Assembly: GCA_037445065.1 (NCBI GenBank)
Contig: JBBILD010000010.1
Span: 87,080-151,079 of the forward strand
From: Myxococcales bacterium
GTDB taxonomy: Bacteria; Desulfobacterota; Binatia; HRBIN30
Length of the DNA: 64,000 nt
Reading direction: 5' to 3'
In this document: positions 41,717 to 52,648 of the stretch, piece after piece
How the letters are laid out: each line of letters opens with the position of its first letter
Position numbering within the stretch: position 1 is the first letter of the stretch
Made by a program: the position numbers and the translations under genes
Notes under the pieces: model-generated
What the model was told of the DNA's origin: nothing
The model's input: only the letters and a program-made list of their open reading frames with translations
Databases searched by the model: none

Positions 41717-44119
41717 TCAGCGCGGGGTCACTCCCAACTCTCGAACAATTCGGGTTGTCAGTTCGGCGTGCGCCTGGTTGACCTCTGCGTCGGTCAGCGT
41801 CCGATCGGCAGCCCGGTACGAGATGGCGTAGGTAAGGCTCTTCTTGCCAGGCGGGATCGGCGGCCCGCTGTATTCATCCACAACAGCAATCTCTTCAATC
41901 CACGGCATGGCTGACTTGCACCCCTCAACAAAACGAACCACCTCGCCAGCCGGAAAGTGCCCCTCCGCCACCACCGCCAGATCCCGCTTCACTTCCGGGA
42001 AGCGAGGCCACTCCCGGAACGTCACGCGGCGCGGACGATACTGGAGCCCTGTTTCCAAGTCAAGTTCGAACACCCAGCAAGGGTGGGCGAGTTCGTACGC
42101 CTCTTCGAGGTCTGGGTGAAGCCCGCCGGCGACGCCGAGCACGTGGCCCTGCAGGACAAGTTGAGCGCATTGTCCGGGATGGAACCCGGGAAGCGACTCT
42201 GCACGTTGCCATTGCACGTGTTGATGGATGCCGAGCAATTCGAGCAGCGAGACCACCACGCCCTTGAGGTCGGCAAATTCGGTGTGCAGCCGCCGCACTC
42301 CGATCCCTTCGGCGGCGAAACGCGGGCACACCACCCCGCCCAGATGCAGTCGCTCGCGGGCTCCACGCTCTTCCCAAAACACTTTGCCAAGCAGGAACAA
42401 AGCAACCGCGTCTTCCCCCTGGGCGAGGTTGTGCCGCACCAACCGAACCAGGCTGCTGGTGAGGCTTAGCCGCATCTCTGCATCGTTTTGCGAGAGGGGA
42501 TTTAACAGCACCACCGCAGACCGCTCTGAAACGATTCCCGGGAAGTGTTGATTTTCCTCGTGCGAGGCAAAGGCCAGGGGCACGGCTTCGCAAAACCCCT
42601 GCGCCATCAGGAAGCGGCGCACCTCGCGGCAGACAGCCTCCGTCTCACCCAAGCCTTTGCCGTTCACTGTGCCCGCTGGCAACTCAACGGGGATCTGCTC
42701 GTACCCGACGACCCTCGCCACCTCTTCCACGAGATCAATTTCCCGCTCGAGGTCGCTCCGGTAGCTAGGCGGGACTACGTTTAGCGTGGCGTGGGGAGCG
42801 GAGGTGACCTCCATCCCGAGGCGCTTGAGCACTTGCACCACTTGCTGTCTCGGCACTTCGACGCCCAGCAATTCTCCAACTCGCTTGAGGCGCAGGGCAA
42901 TCGGTGCTGGCTCTGCGGGGCGCGGGTAGACGTCCACCCGCGTCCGCGCCACTTGGCCTCCAGTCAGTTCGGCGATCCATCCGGCCGCGCGGTCCGCCGC
43001 GGCCGCCACTCCCTCGATGTCCACGACCCGCTCGAAGCGATACGATGCCTCGGTCCGCAAGCCGAGCCGGCGTGCGGTGCGGCGTACGGCCACCGGCGAG
43101 AACCAAGCGCTCTCCAGCAACACCATGCTCGTTCCGGCATGGACTTCGGAGTTCGCCCCACCCATCACCCCAGCAATCGCCACCGGAGTTGCGCCGGCAA
43201 AGATCACCACGTCGTCCGCATCCAGACGCCGGTCCACACCATCCAAGGTTTGAAATGGAATCTCCTCTCGGGCTCGATCCACCACGATTTCCTTTGCCGG
43301 CAAGCGATCGAAGTCGAAGGCGTGCAGCGGCTGCCCGCGTTCCCAAAGGACGTAGTTGGTTACATCCACAACATTGTTGATCGGGCGCAGACCCACACTG
43401 CGCAAACGATACTGCAACCACAGAGGCGAGGGTGCCACTTGCACGCCCGTTACGACGCGCGCCACATAACGGCGGCAGCCTACCTCATCAGCAATCCGCA
43501 CGCTCACCAGGCGCTCGGTCTCTTCGCCGCGCTCCGCTAGGTGCCATCGCGGTCGCTTGAGGCGAGCGCCGGTGAGCGCCGCGATTTCGCGCGCAATGCC
43601 GAGGACGCTGAGGCAATCCCCGCGATTTGGGGTCACCGCGACTTCGAGCACGAAGTCCTCGAGACGCAAGTGCTCTGCCAGGGAAGCACCAACGGGAGCG
43701 TCTTCGTCTACGATCAGCGCTCGTTCGGAATCCGGGCCGAGCCCGAGGTCCGCCTCACTGCAAATGTGCCCGAGGGAGCGCACGCCCCCCTCTTCCGCGT
43801 AGGCCACCGTTTTGCCGGATGGCAGGTGCGCACCGAGCGGTGCGAGCGCCACGCGTGCCCCCGCTTGCAGTCCCGCAAGCGGCGAAAGGACGGTGGTAAT
43901 CAACTCCGGGCTCGTTCGTACCTCGCACAAGCGTAGTCCCGGCAACACCGGATTCGGCCGAACCGCAACCAGCTCCCCGATCAACACATCGCCGAGTTGC
44001 TCCCCCACTCGCTCGATGGCCTCCACTTCGAGGCCGGCCATGGTCAGGCGATCGGCAATCTCATACGGTGAATCTCCTACCTCGACAAACTCCCGTACCC
44101 AATTCCAGCTTACGCGCAC
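41717..44119 (-). CDS. pheT: Phenylalanine--tRNA ligase beta subunit
   Basis: TPNRGDCLS, INNVVDVTNY, DLEREIDLVEEVAR, FDX-ACB C-terminus. Confidence 0.96.
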   Translation of the reverse strand: MRVSWNWVREFVEVGDSPYEIADRLTMAGLEVEAIERVGEQLGDVLIGELVAVRPNPVLPGLRLCEVRTSPELITTVLSPLAGLQAGARVALAPLGAHLPSGKTVAYAEEGGVRSLGHICSEADLGLGPDSERALIVDEDAPVGASLAEHLRLEDFVLEVAVTPNRGDCLSVLGIAREIAALTGARLKRPRWHLAERGEETERLVSVRIADEVGCRRYVARVVTGVQVAPSPLWLQYRLRSVGLRPINNVVDVTNYVLWERGQPLHAFDFDRLPAKEIVVDRAREEIPFQTLDGVDRRLDADDVVIFAGATPVAIAGVMGGANSEVHAGTSMVLLESAWFSPVAVRRTARRLGLRTEASYRFERVVDIEGVAAAADRAAGWIAELTGGQVARTRVDVYPRPAEPAPIALRLKRVGELLGVEVPRQQVVQVLKRLGMEVTSAPHATLNVVPPSYRSDLEREIDLVEEVARVVGYEQIPVELPAGTVNGKGLGETEAVCREVRRFLMAQGFCEAVPLAFASHEENQHFPGIVSERSAVVLLNPLSQNDAEMRLSLTSSLVRLVRHNLAQGEDAVALFLLGKVFWEERGARERLHLGGVVCPRFAAEGIGVRRLHTEFADLKGVVVSLLELLGIHQHVQWQRAESLPGFHPGQCAQLVLQGHVLGVAGGLHPDLEEAYELAHPCWVFELDLETGLQYRPRRVTFREWPRFPEVKRDLAVVAEGHFPAGEVVRFVEGCKSAMPWIEEIAVVDEYSGPPIPPGKKSLTYAISYRAADRTLTDAEVNQAHAELTTRIVRELGVTPR

Positions 44120-44128
44120 GGGGCGACC

Positions 44129-45154
44129 TCACGGAAACTGGCGCAGGAAGCGCAGGTCGTTGGTGGTAAACAAACGGATGTCGTTGATCTGGTACTTGAG
44201 CATAGCCACACGTTCGACCCCCAGGCCGAAGGCAAAACCAGACACGCTCTCTGGATCGTACCCGACCGCGCGAAAGACGTTAGGATCAATCAAGCCCGCA
44301 CCCAGGATCTCAAGCCACCCCGAGCCCTTACAAACGCGGCAGTTGCGGTCACGCCCGGCACACAGCAAGCAAGCAATGTCCACCTCAGCACTGGGCTCAG
44401 TGAACGGGAAGAAGCTGGCGCGAAACCGCACCTTGGTTTCCGGGCCGAACATCTGTCGCAGGGCAAAAGTCAACGTACCCTTGAGGTCTGCCATGCTCAC
44501 GTGCCGGTCTACCAAGAACCCCTCCACCTGGTGAAACATGGGAGAGTGCGTGACATCGTCGTCGTGACGGTAGGTAGCCCCCGGCACGACGATGCGAAGC
44601 GGTGGCTGGCGGTTTTCCATGACCCGGATTTGGACCGGAGAGGTGTGAGTGCGGAGCAGGTTCCCGCCGCGAACAAAGAAGGTGTCCTGCATGTCACGCG
44701 CGGGGTGATCCTGAGGAAAATTCAAGGCGGTAAAGTTGTGGTAATCGTCTTCGATATCGGGCCCGGTGGCCAGTTCGAAGCCGAGCGCAACAAAGACGTC
44801 CACGACCTCCTCGATCGTCCGTGTAACCGGATGCAGCCGCCCGAGCAGCCGCCGCTTCCCAGGCACGGTGATATCAACAGCTTCCCGGCGCAGCCGCTCG
44901 AGACGGGAGCGAGCCTGCACCTCGGCGCGGGCTCGCTCGATCTTCTCTTCCAACTCCTCCTTAATGCGGTTCAGGAGGGAACCAACGCGGGGGCGCTCTT
45001 CGGCCGGCACGTCGCGCAGCGAACGCACGAGGCCAGTCAACTCTCCCTTCCGCCCCAGGTAACGAACGCGCACCGCTTCCACTTCTTCCTCGGTACGCGC
45101 TGTCTCCAGGGTCGCCAAGGCCTCCTGCCGTAGCGTCTCTAGGCGCCCTTCCAT
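44129..45154 (-). CDS. pheS: Phenylalanine--tRNA ligase alpha subunit
   Basis: HPARDMQDTF, LRTHTSPVQ, FPFTEPS, GFAFGLG. Confidence 0.97.
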   Translation of the reverse strand: MEGRLETLRQEALATLETARTEEEVEAVRVRYLGRKGELTGLVRSLRDVPAEERPRVGSLLNRIKEELEEKIERARAEVQARSRLERLRREAVDITVPGKRRLLGRLHPVTRTIEEVVDVFVALGFELATGPDIEDDYHNFTALNFPQDHPARDMQDTFFVRGGNLLRTHTSPVQIRVMENRQPPLRIVVPGATYRHDDDVTHSPMFHQVEGFLVDRHVSMADLKGTLTFALRQMFGPETKVRFRASFFPFTEPSAEVDIACLLCAGRDRNCRVCKGSGWLEILGAGLIDPNVFRAVGYDPESVSGFAFGLGVERVAMLKYQINDIRLFTTNDLRFLRQFP

Positions 45155-45262
45155 GCAAGTCGTCCCCTATTCGCCGCGCCGGCCTCCCGCCGGCACCGCT
45201 TGCTAGGACGCCCCCCAGCTTCCACCCGATCGGTCGTCCTCGTGCGGGGCGCGCTTCCCTCT

Positions 45263-45622
45263 TCAGGCCGCAAGAGCCGCTTTCGCCATTTGAGCAAAGT
45301 TTCCGAACGCTTGTGGATCCACGACCGCAAGCTCGGCCAGAGCCTTCCGGTCCACCACTACGCCGCTCTTCCCCAAACCGTACATGAACTTACTGTAGGT
45401 CAGCCCGTGCGTGCGCGCTGCCGCATTGATGCGCACGATCCACAACCTGCGGAAGTCCCGCTTGCGGGCTTTGCGGTCCCGATACGCGTAGCACAGGCCT
45501 CGCTCCACCGTCTCCCGGGCTTGCCGGTATTGCCGCCGCCTGCCGCCCACGTAGCCCTTGGCGAGCTTCATGATTTTTTTGCGGCGACGTCGAGCCTTAA
45601 AACCTCTTTTCGCGCGTGGCAT
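45263..45622 (-). CDS. rplT: 50S ribosomal protein L20
   Basis: [29 protein letters not shown]. Confidence 0.98.
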   Translation of the reverse strand: MPRAKRGFKARRRRKKIMKLAKGYVGGRRRQYRQARETVERGLCYAYRDRKARKRDFRRLWIVRINAAARTHGLTYSKFMYGLGKSGVVVDRKALAELAVVDPQAFGNFAQMAKAALAA

Positions 45623-45683
45623 TTCGGACTCCTACAAAACTGCGGCCAACTAACACGCTGGCCGATTCGCAACAAGGTCGTCT

Positions 45684-45878
45684 TTACGCGTAGGGCATCA
45701 ACCGGCGGATAGTCTTGACGTTGGCGCTATCCGTCAGTGTGGCTTTGCGGAGCTGGCGCTTGCGCTTCCTCCCCTTAGTGGTGAGGATGTGGCGGTGATA
45801 GGCCCGGCTTCGTTTGATCTTTCCCGTGGCTGTTACTCTGAATCGCTTCGCGGCACCGCGGTTCGTCTTGAGCTTCAT
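45684..45878 (-). CDS. rpmI: 50S ribosomal protein L35
   Basis: [23 protein letters not shown]. Confidence 0.97.
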   Translation of the reverse strand: MKLKTNRGAAKRFRVTATGKIKRSRAYHRHILTTKGRKRKRQLRKATLTDSANVKTIRRLMPYA

Positions 45879-45908
45879 GGTCGCGTCTCCTTCTCCGTTT
45901 CTCGCCTC

Positions 45909-47828
45909 TCAGTGCAGGCCGCGCTTTATGGCTGCCGAGGCATCGGCGCGCAAGCGCTGCACGAATTCCTCCAAGGGCACACTCGGCTCCACCCCCTTGC
46001 TCCGGCTGCGCGGCGCTACCGTCCGTTCACTGGCTTCCCGGTCGCCGACTACCAGCAAGAAGGGGATTTTCTGTAACTGGCCTTCGCGGATCTTGTAGCC
46101 CAGTTTTTCGTTGCGATCGTCCAGCTCAGCCCGGAAGCCTTCCGCCCGCAAGCGCTCGGCTACCTCTTTGCCGTAGGCCACCTGCCGCTCGGTGAGGGTG
46201 AGAACACGCACTTGCACTGGCGCCAACCATAGGGGCAGCTCGCCGCCTGTGTGCTCGAGAAGCATGGCGATAAAGCGTTCGAGTGAGCCCAGCACAGCGC
46301 GGTGTAGCATCACCGGGGTGGCGGTCGTACCAGCGGCAGTGACGTATTCGAGGCCAAAGCGCTCGGGCATCGCGCAATCAATTTGGACGGTAGCCAGAGT
46401 CCAGGACCGCCCCAGCACGTCGTGCACATCGAAGCCGATCTTGGGCCCGTAAAACGCGCCCTCGCCCGGCAACACCGTTACCGGATATCCGCTCGCCTCG
46501 GCCACCCGGCGCAAGGCGGCTTCGGCTTGCTCCCATAGCTCTGGGCGGCCGAGGAACTTCTCGGGGCGGGTCTGCACGCTGACGCGGATGTCCTCGAAGG
46601 CAAAGGTGTCGTACACCTCGCGGGTCATGGTCACGAACAGTTCCAGTTCCTGCTCCATTTGTTCGGGCGTGCAGAAGATGTGGGCATCATCCTGGGCCAT
46701 CGAGCGCACGCGAGTGAGGCCAGTCAGCGTGCCCGAAGGTTCGAGCCGGTGCAGGCGGCTAAAGTCCGCAAAGCGTACCGGCAGGTCGCGATACGAATAT
46801 TTGCGCGTCGCGTACAAGTAACAGTGGCCCGGGCAGTTCATCGGTTTGATCCCGTACTCTTCCTCATCCACCTGCATGAGGAACATGTCGTCGCGGAAAG
46901 CGTCGTAGTGGCCAGAGGTTTTCCACAACTCGGTCTTGAAGATCAGCGGAGTGATCACTTCGGTGTAGCCGTAGCGCCGGTACAAGCCCCGGATGAACTG
47001 GACGAGTTCGTTGTACACGATCGTGCCCTTCGGGTGGAAAAACGGCGAGCCCGGCGAAATCGGGTGGAGGGAGAACAAGTCGAGCTGCTGGCCCAAGCGC
47101 CGGTGATCGCGCTGCTTGGCTTGCTCGAGCCGTTCCAGGTAGGCTTTTAGATCCTTTTCACTTGCCCAAGCTGTTCCGTAGATCCGCTGCAGCATTTCGT
47201 TGCGTGCGTCACCGCGCCAATAAGCGCCCGCTAGATGGGTGAGCTTGACAGCGCGGATCTTACCCGTGGAGGGCACATGCGGGCCGCGACACAGGTCTGT
47301 GAATTCCCCTTGCCGGTACACCGAAACGATTGGATCGGGAATGCCCTGGATAATCTCGACCTTGTACTGCTCACCCTGTTTGCGAAAAAAATCAATGGCT
47401 TGCTCTTTCGGCCACTCTTCGCGCTGAACCGGGTAGTTTGCGCGTACGATCTCCGACATTTCCCGTTCGATGCGTTCGAGGTCTTCGGGGGTAAACGGCT
47501 CGGGCCGCGAAAAGTCGTAGTAAAAGCCGTTCTCGATTACCGGGCCGATGGTGACCTGCGTCTCCGGAAACAGCCGTTTAACGGCCTGCGCCATCAAGTG
47601 AGCGGAAGAGTGGCGCAAGACTTCCAAACCCTCAGGGCTGTCTGCGCGCACCGGCTCGACATGTGCCTCGCAGGGAAGTGGGCGCGAGAGGTCCACGACT
47701 TCGCCATTGACCTTGGCGGCAATCACGTCGCTGCCGAGAAGCCGCTTTTGTGCAAGGGCGTCTGCCGCCGAACTGCCATCCGGCAACTCGATTTGCGAAC
47801 CGTCTGCGTATATCACTCGTACTGCCAT
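45909..47828 (-). CDS. thrS: Threonine--tRNA ligase
   Basis: RHSSAHL, DLCRGPH, GAYWRG, KPMNCPGH, GAFYGPK, HRAVLGSLERF. Confidence 0.97.
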   Translation of the reverse strand: MAVRVIYADGSQIELPDGSSAADALAQKRLLGSDVIAAKVNGEVVDLSRPLPCEAHVEPVRADSPEGLEVLRHSSAHLMAQAVKRLFPETQVTIGPVIENGFYYDFSRPEPFTPEDLERIEREMSEIVRANYPVQREEWPKEQAIDFFRKQGEQYKVEIIQGIPDPIVSVYRQGEFTDLCRGPHVPSTGKIRAVKLTHLAGAYWRGDARNEMLQRIYGTAWASEKDLKAYLERLEQAKQRDHRRLGQQLDLFSLHPISPGSPFFHPKGTIVYNELVQFIRGLYRRYGYTEVITPLIFKTELWKTSGHYDAFRDDMFLMQVDEEEYGIKPMNCPGHCYLYATRKYSYRDLPVRFADFSRLHRLEPSGTLTGLTRVRSMAQDDAHIFCTPEQMEQELELFVTMTREVYDTFAFEDIRVSVQTRPEKFLGRPELWEQAEAALRRVAEASGYPVTVLPGEGAFYGPKIGFDVHDVLGRSWTLATVQIDCAMPERFGLEYVTAAGTTATPVMLHRAVLGSLERFIAMLLEHTGGELPLWLAPVQVRVLTLTERQVAYGKEVAERLRAEGFRAELDDRNEKLGYKIREGQLQKIPFLLVVGDREASERTVAPRSRSKGVEPSVPLEEFVQRLRADASAAIKRGLH

Positions 47829-47862
47829 GGAACCCACGCTGGCGCCGGGGCGGCGAAGAAAG

Positions 47863-47934
47863 TAGGCACGGGCGGGATTGAACCGCCGACCTCTTCCGCG
47901 TCAAGGAAGCGCTCTCCCACTGAGCTACGTGCCT
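47863..47934 (-). tRNA. tRNA-Val(GAC)
   Basis: AGGCACGTAGCTCAGTGGGAGAGCG-CTTCC-TTGACGC-GGAAG...GGTTCAATCC...GTGCCTA; CCA not encoded. Confidence 0.95.
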
Positions 47935-48004
47935 GCACTGCCCTGCACAACCGCTCTTCCTGTTGCTCGAGCGTGCTGCGCCAGGGTTTTTGCGGCGCTG
48001 TTTG

Positions 48005-48529
48005 CTACCAGCCGCCCTGCGCCTCGTCAAGGAAGGAAACGATGCGCTGCACCACCTCCGCAGGAGACAAGTTGGACGCTGGCACCGTGTAGTCGGCGTA
48101 CTTTTCGTACAAGGGGCCACGCTCGGCGAGCAGCGAAGCGAGTGATTGGCCCGCACGGCGCACCACCCCTCGCTGCTCCAAGTCGCCAATCCTCTCCTGC
48201 AACCGGGTCAACTCCACCTGCAGGTACACCACCGTACCGAGGGAGCACAGGTGGCGCATGGCAGGCTCGCTGTACACCACACTGCCTCCGGTGGCGACCA
48301 CTGAATCGGTACAACGTAGGGAGAGCATCACCTCTTCTTCCAGGGCGCGGAAACCCTCCGGCCCGTGTTCGGCCAAGATGTCCTTCACCGCTCGGCCATG
48401 ACGCTGCTCGAGCAAAAGGTCGGTATCTACGAACGCCTTACCCAGGCGCTGGGCAAGCATCTGCCCCACCGTGCTCTTCCCCGAGCTCGGCATGCCGATG
48501 AGAACCACGTTGCCGCCTGCGAGCTTCAT
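48005..48529 (-). CDS. aroK: Shikimate kinase
   Basis: LIGMPSSGKSTVG, FVDTD, VATGGS, ERGPLYEKYA. Confidence 0.92.
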   Translation of the reverse strand: MKLAGGNVVLIGMPSSGKSTVGQMLAQRLGKAFVDTDLLLEQRHGRAVKDILAEHGPEGFRALEEEVMLSLRCTDSVVATGGSVVYSEPAMRHLCSLGTVVYLQVELTRLQERIGDLEQRGVVRRAGQSLASLLAERGPLYEKYADYTVPASNLSPAEVVQRIVSFLDEAQGGW

Positions 48530-48587
48530 TTCGCGCGCACCCAGCGGATTTGCCGCTTGCTCTGAACGCTGGTAACGTTGCCCGCCG

Positions 48588-49682
48588 ATGAGCCGGCAAC
48601 AAGTGTTCGCTGCCTTCTTTTTCGGGGCGTTCTTGTTCCTGCTTTACCAATTGTACCTGGTGTTTTCCGGCTTTTTGGCTCCCCTTGCGTGGGCGATTCT
48701 TCTGGCTGTGACCTTCCACCCCCTGCAAGTGCGGCTAGTGCGCTGGTTACGGGGGCGGGCAAGTCTGGCCGCCTTCCTACTGACCACGGTTGTGATTGGC
48801 GTTGTCATCGTGCCGACGTTGCTTGTCGTGACCCTGGTGGCCACCGAGTCTGTGCTCTTATACGAGCGGGTTTCGGCCTTCATTGCCGGCGGTGGGCTCG
48901 CCAAGGTCCAGGCCTGGTTGGGGAACTCGCTCTTGCGCGAATTGTGGGACTGGTTCTCCCCCCTGGCCGCAACTTGGAAGCTCGACCTACCCGGCATCGG
49001 GCTCAAAACCACCAATGCCATCAGCGGCTTTCTCGTCACGCAAGCTACCGGTATCGCAAAGAACGTGGTTGGTTTTCTCATTGACTTCTTCCTTTGCACG
49101 GTGGCGTTGTTTTTCCTTTTGCGGGACGGCGCACGCATGCTGGCTGGGTTCGAGGAACTCTTACCCATGGAGGTGGAGCACCGGGAACTTGTGCTCGCTC
49201 GCTTCACCGAAACTCTCACCGCTGTCGTGCAGGGAACCTTGCTCACGGCTCTGGCACAGGGATTTTTGGCGGGTGTTGGTTACGTCGTGCTGGGAGTTCC
49301 GTTCGCCGTCTTTCTCGGTTGCGCCACCGCGCTCATGGCTCTGATTCCCATGGGCACACCGGTGGCCTGGGGCGGAGTCGCAATTTACCTCTTCGCCACG
49401 GGCGAGACCGTGCGCGCCGTCATCCAAGTGCTGTGGGGCACGTTGGTCATCGGCACGATAGACAACTTCATCCGCCCCCTCGTCATTGGCGGGCGCACCC
49501 GCATTCCGACCATCGTGCTGTTTTTCGCGATCTTGGGCGGCTTGCAAGTGTACGGATTTCTCGGCCTATTTTTGGCACCGGCCGTGGTCGCGCTGCTGGT
49601 TGCCTTTGCACGGATTTACCGTGAGGAGTACGGGCACCCGCCCGTGGAAGTGGATGCAGAGTCACCCAATGCGGAGCACTGA
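48588..49682 (+). CDS. AI-2E family transporter
   Basis: PLAWA, FFLLRDG, IDNFIRP, GGLQVYGFLGLFLAP. Confidence 0.9.
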   Translation: MSRQQVFAAFFFGAFLFLLYQLYLVFSGFLAPLAWAILLAVTFHPLQVRLVRWLRGRASLAAFLLTTVVIGVVIVPTLLVVTLVATESVLLYERVSAFIAGGGLAKVQAWLGNSLLRELWDWFSPLAATWKLDLPGIGLKTTNAISGFLVTQATGIAKNVVGFLIDFFLCTVALFFLLRDGARMLAGFEELLPMEVEHRELVLARFTETLTAVVQGTLLTALAQGFLAGVGYVVLGVPFAVFLGCATALMALIPMGTPVAWGGVAIYLFATGETVRAVIQVLWGTLVIGTIDNFIRPLVIGGRTRIPTIVLFFAILGGLQVYGFLGLFLAPAVVALLVAFARIYREEYGHPPVEVDAESPNAEH

Positions 49683-49683
49683 T

Positions 49684-50652
49684 TCAACCTCGTAGGCGTG
49701 CAAGCAGCGCCAAAGTCTGCTCCGCTTCCCGTACGACGTCCCGCACCACTTCTGCGGCAGGTTTGATCTCGCGGATGATGCCCATCCCCTGCCCGGCGGG
49801 CATAAATGTACGTTCCGGGTCGGCACCACGTCCGACCCCCATGTAATCCATCACCCCTTGCTGCACGGAGACGCCGACCTGCGCAGGGAACGGAAGGATC
49901 TCGTGTGCCCGCCGCTCCCACTCCTGATTGTATGGGTTGCGAATGGCGCGCGCCGGTTTTCCGGTGTAACAGCGAGTGCGGATGGTGTCGGACTCGCCAC
50001 TGCGCACGATGGCCTCGCGGTAACGCGGATCGGCCTGCGCTTCTGGGGTGGCGATAAAGCGCGTGCCCATAACGACGCCCTGCGCACCGAGAGCCAACGC
50101 TGCCACCAAGCCGCGACCGTCGGCGATGCCGCCGGCAGCCAACACCGGAATGCGCACCGCGTCCACCGTGGCCGGCACCAACGCCATCGTGCCCACCTCA
50201 CCCGTGTGGCCACCCGCTTCGGTGCCTTGCGCCGCCACAAGATCCGCCCCCGCCTTTTCCGCCTTGACCGCGTGCTGCACCTTGCCGGTCATGACAATCA
50301 CGATCATGCCGCGCTCGTGCATTTCCGCGATAAACTCCTGCGGTACGGCAAGGCCAGCCACGAAAATTTTCACCTGCTCTTCGAAAATCACCTGCATTTG
50401 CGGGCGGATCATGTCGGGGATCGGCGCAAGCAAATCCACGGCAAACGGGCGATCGGTGAGTTCCCGAACCTTACGGATCTCTTCCCGCAGGCCCTGTGCA
50501 TCCAAGGTGGCGGCACCGAGTACGCCCAGCCCACCGGCGTTTGAGACCGCCGCAACCAGCCGGTGCATAGAAACACCACCCATGCCTGCGAGCACAATCG
50601 GATACTCGATGCCGAGCAAGTCGCAAATCGGGGTCCGAAGCATGACGGTCAA
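49684..50652 (-). CDS. Nitronate monooxygenase / FabK-like flavoprotein
   Basis: YPIVLAGMGG, QGTEAGGH, AAGGIADGRG, MGTRF. Confidence 0.88.
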   Translation of the reverse strand: MTVMLRTPICDLLGIEYPIVLAGMGGVSMHRLVAAVSNAGGLGVLGAATLDAQGLREEIRKVRELTDRPFAVDLLAPIPDMIRPQMQVIFEEQVKIFVAGLAVPQEFIAEMHERGMIVIVMTGKVQHAVKAEKAGADLVAAQGTEAGGHTGEVGTMALVPATVDAVRIPVLAAGGIADGRGLVAALALGAQGVVMGTRFIATPEAQADPRYREAIVRSGESDTIRTRCYTGKPARAIRNPYNQEWERRAHEILPFPAQVGVSVQQGVMDYMGVGRGADPERTFMPAGQGMGIIREIKPAAEVVRDVVREAEQTLALLARLRG

Positions 50653-50725
50653 CTCCCTCCGGCAGCGACTATCGGAGTGCGCGCGTTAAGGGAAGACACC
50701 CGGAACCGCTGTCCAGCAGCAAAGC

Positions 50726-50769
50726 AAAAAAACGATTGGGGGGCCGGGATCGCTCCCGCCCCCAATCGT
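50726..50769 (-). terminator. Rho-independent terminator after DsbA-like gene
   Basis: ACGATTGGGGG...CCCCCAATCGT stem followed by a T run on the minus strand. Confidence 0.8.
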
Positions 50770-50872
50770 CATTGCCCTCCGCCCCGGGGTTCCCGCTGCC
50801 GTGTTGCTACAGCAACGGCCCCAGTGCCAGCGGGTTTCTTCGAGCAGAGTGAACGAAGCGCCGAACGCGTCC

Positions 50873-51697
50873 TTACTTGGCCCGCGCTAGCTCGTCGTCA
50901 ATGATCGCTTTGAACTGCTCGAAGGGATACGCGCCCTTTAACGCCCGGCCGTTGATGATGAAGCCCGGGGTCCCCTGGATTCCGAGGCTTTGCGCTTCCG
51001 TTGCCTGCACCTTCACCACGTCCAGAGTTTTCTTGTTGTCGTAGCACTCCGTGAACTTGGCGATGTCAATACCGGTGTCTTTGAGGGCCTCTAAGGTCTT
51101 GTCCTTCAAGTTTTGTGGGTTCAGCTCCTTTTGGTTCTCAAAGTAATACGCATACAGCTTCCAGTACGCGGACTCCTTCTGCTGGAGCGCGCACTCGGTG
51201 GCGATGGAAGCAGGTTCCGCCCAGGGGTGGAACGGCAGCGGCAAATGCTTGTAGTAAAACCTCACCTTATCGCCGTATTCTTTGAGGACCTGCGTCTCAA
51301 TCGTGTCGTAGCCACGCTTACAAAAGGGGCATTGAAAATCGGAGTACTCGACGATCGTGACTTTCGCATCTTTGGCCCCTTTAAATGGGCGCCCTTTGAG
51401 ATCGATCTTCTTCATGACCGCGGCAAATGGGTCTACGGTCAGATCCTCCACCTCACCAAACACGACGTAGCGGCCGTCCTCAGACACGATAAAGGACTGC
51501 TTCTGGTTGCCGACCTGAATCGTTCCTTCTTTCGCGCCCTTGATTTTGGAAGCAGTCAGCTCGCTCACCGTTACCTGCTGGTTGGGCGGCACGTTCGCTT
51601 TGCGTTTGAAGTATTCGGCGATTTTGCCCGTGTCTTGCGCGTGCACCGCCCACGGGCCCGCGAGTAGGGCCAACAAGACCATCCACCGCTGCTTCAT
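50873..51697 (-). CDS. DsbA/DsbG-like thioredoxin-domain protein
   Basis: Signal peptide, EYSDFQCPFC, GIQGTPGFIING. Confidence 0.9.
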   Translation of the reverse strand: MKQRWMVLLALLAGPWAVHAQDTGKIAEYFKRKANVPPNQQVTVSELTASKIKGAKEGTIQVGNQKQSFIVSEDGRYVVFGEVEDLTVDPFAAVMKKIDLKGRPFKGAKDAKVTIVEYSDFQCPFCKRGYDTIETQVLKEYGDKVRFYYKHLPLPFHPWAEPASIATECALQQKESAYWKLYAYYFENQKELNPQNLKDKTLEALKDTGIDIAKFTECYDNKKTLDVVKVQATEAQSLGIQGTPGFIINGRALKGAYPFEQFKAIIDDELARAK

Positions 51698-51857
51698 GCG
51701 TATTCTCCTCCCACTGGGTTTAGTCTGGCCCGCTTAGCACGGCCCTCTCGCCGGAACAACACGCGCAAGTCCCTGAAGCATGCGGGCCGCGCACTTTCGC
51801 TTGTCCGCTCCCAGCTCGCGCTTTGCCGACTTCGCCGGGCTGCTAGCGTAAAGAAGC

Positions 51858-52328
51858 ATGGACCACTGGCTACGGAACCGTTCCATGGGTGTTCGCAAGC
51901 GCATTGCGCTCATTGCGCACGACCACTGCAAGGCAGACTTACTCGACTGGGCGTGCTTCAATCGAGGCACTTTGGCCGCGCACGAGCTTTACGCTACCGG
52001 CACCACGGGGGCCTTGTTGCGGAAAGAACTCGGACTGGAGGTCACCTGCTTCTTGAGCGGCCCGCTGGGGGGCGACCAGCAAGTCGGAGCTGCCGTTGCC
52101 GAGGGGCGGCTAGACTGCGTGATCTTTTTCTGGGACCCGCTCGAGCCGCAACCGCACGACGTGGACGTCAAAGCTCTCCTGCGCATCGCCGTGGTGCATA
52201 ACTTGCCGATTGCCTGCAACCGCGCCACAGCGGACTTCCTCCTTTCGAGCCCCCTGATGAGCCAAACCTACGAGCGTGCTGTACCGCTGCGGAGTGCGCG
52301 GACCGACCGAGATGGCTACACAGAGTGA
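51858..52328 (+). CDS. mgsA: Methylglyoxal synthase
   Basis: IALIAHD, ATGTTG, SGPLGGDQQ, PHDVDVKALLR. Confidence 0.96.
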   Translation: MDHWLRNRSMGVRKRIALIAHDHCKADLLDWACFNRGTLAAHELYATGTTGALLRKELGLEVTCFLSGPLGGDQQVGAAVAEGRLDCVIFFWDPLEPQPHDVDVKALLRIAVVHNLPIACNRATADFLLSSPLMSQTYERAVPLRSARTDRDGYTE

Positions 52329-52648
52329 GTGCTAGAGCACGCTGCGTCCCAGCAATCGCTGGCCTGCTCCACAACCAGCGCGGCACACTTCGAGCGCCAG
52401 AACTCGTTGCTCCCGGGGGAATTCGGAGCCCCCAGCCTGTGGAGCGACTCGGCGTATTTTCCGCCCATCGAAGGTGGCAGCGCGTGTGTTTTCCCAAGGG
52501 TGCTTTCTTGACTTGGTAAAGCTCGCTCCGCAATAGTGTTGCTACCGCGTACTTCGAAACCGGCGCGCCCACCAACTAGGTCGGTCGTGCGCGGCAAGAA
52601 CGTCTCTTGGTCAGCAGCCAATTCCAGTCGAAAAGGAGGTAAGTAGCG

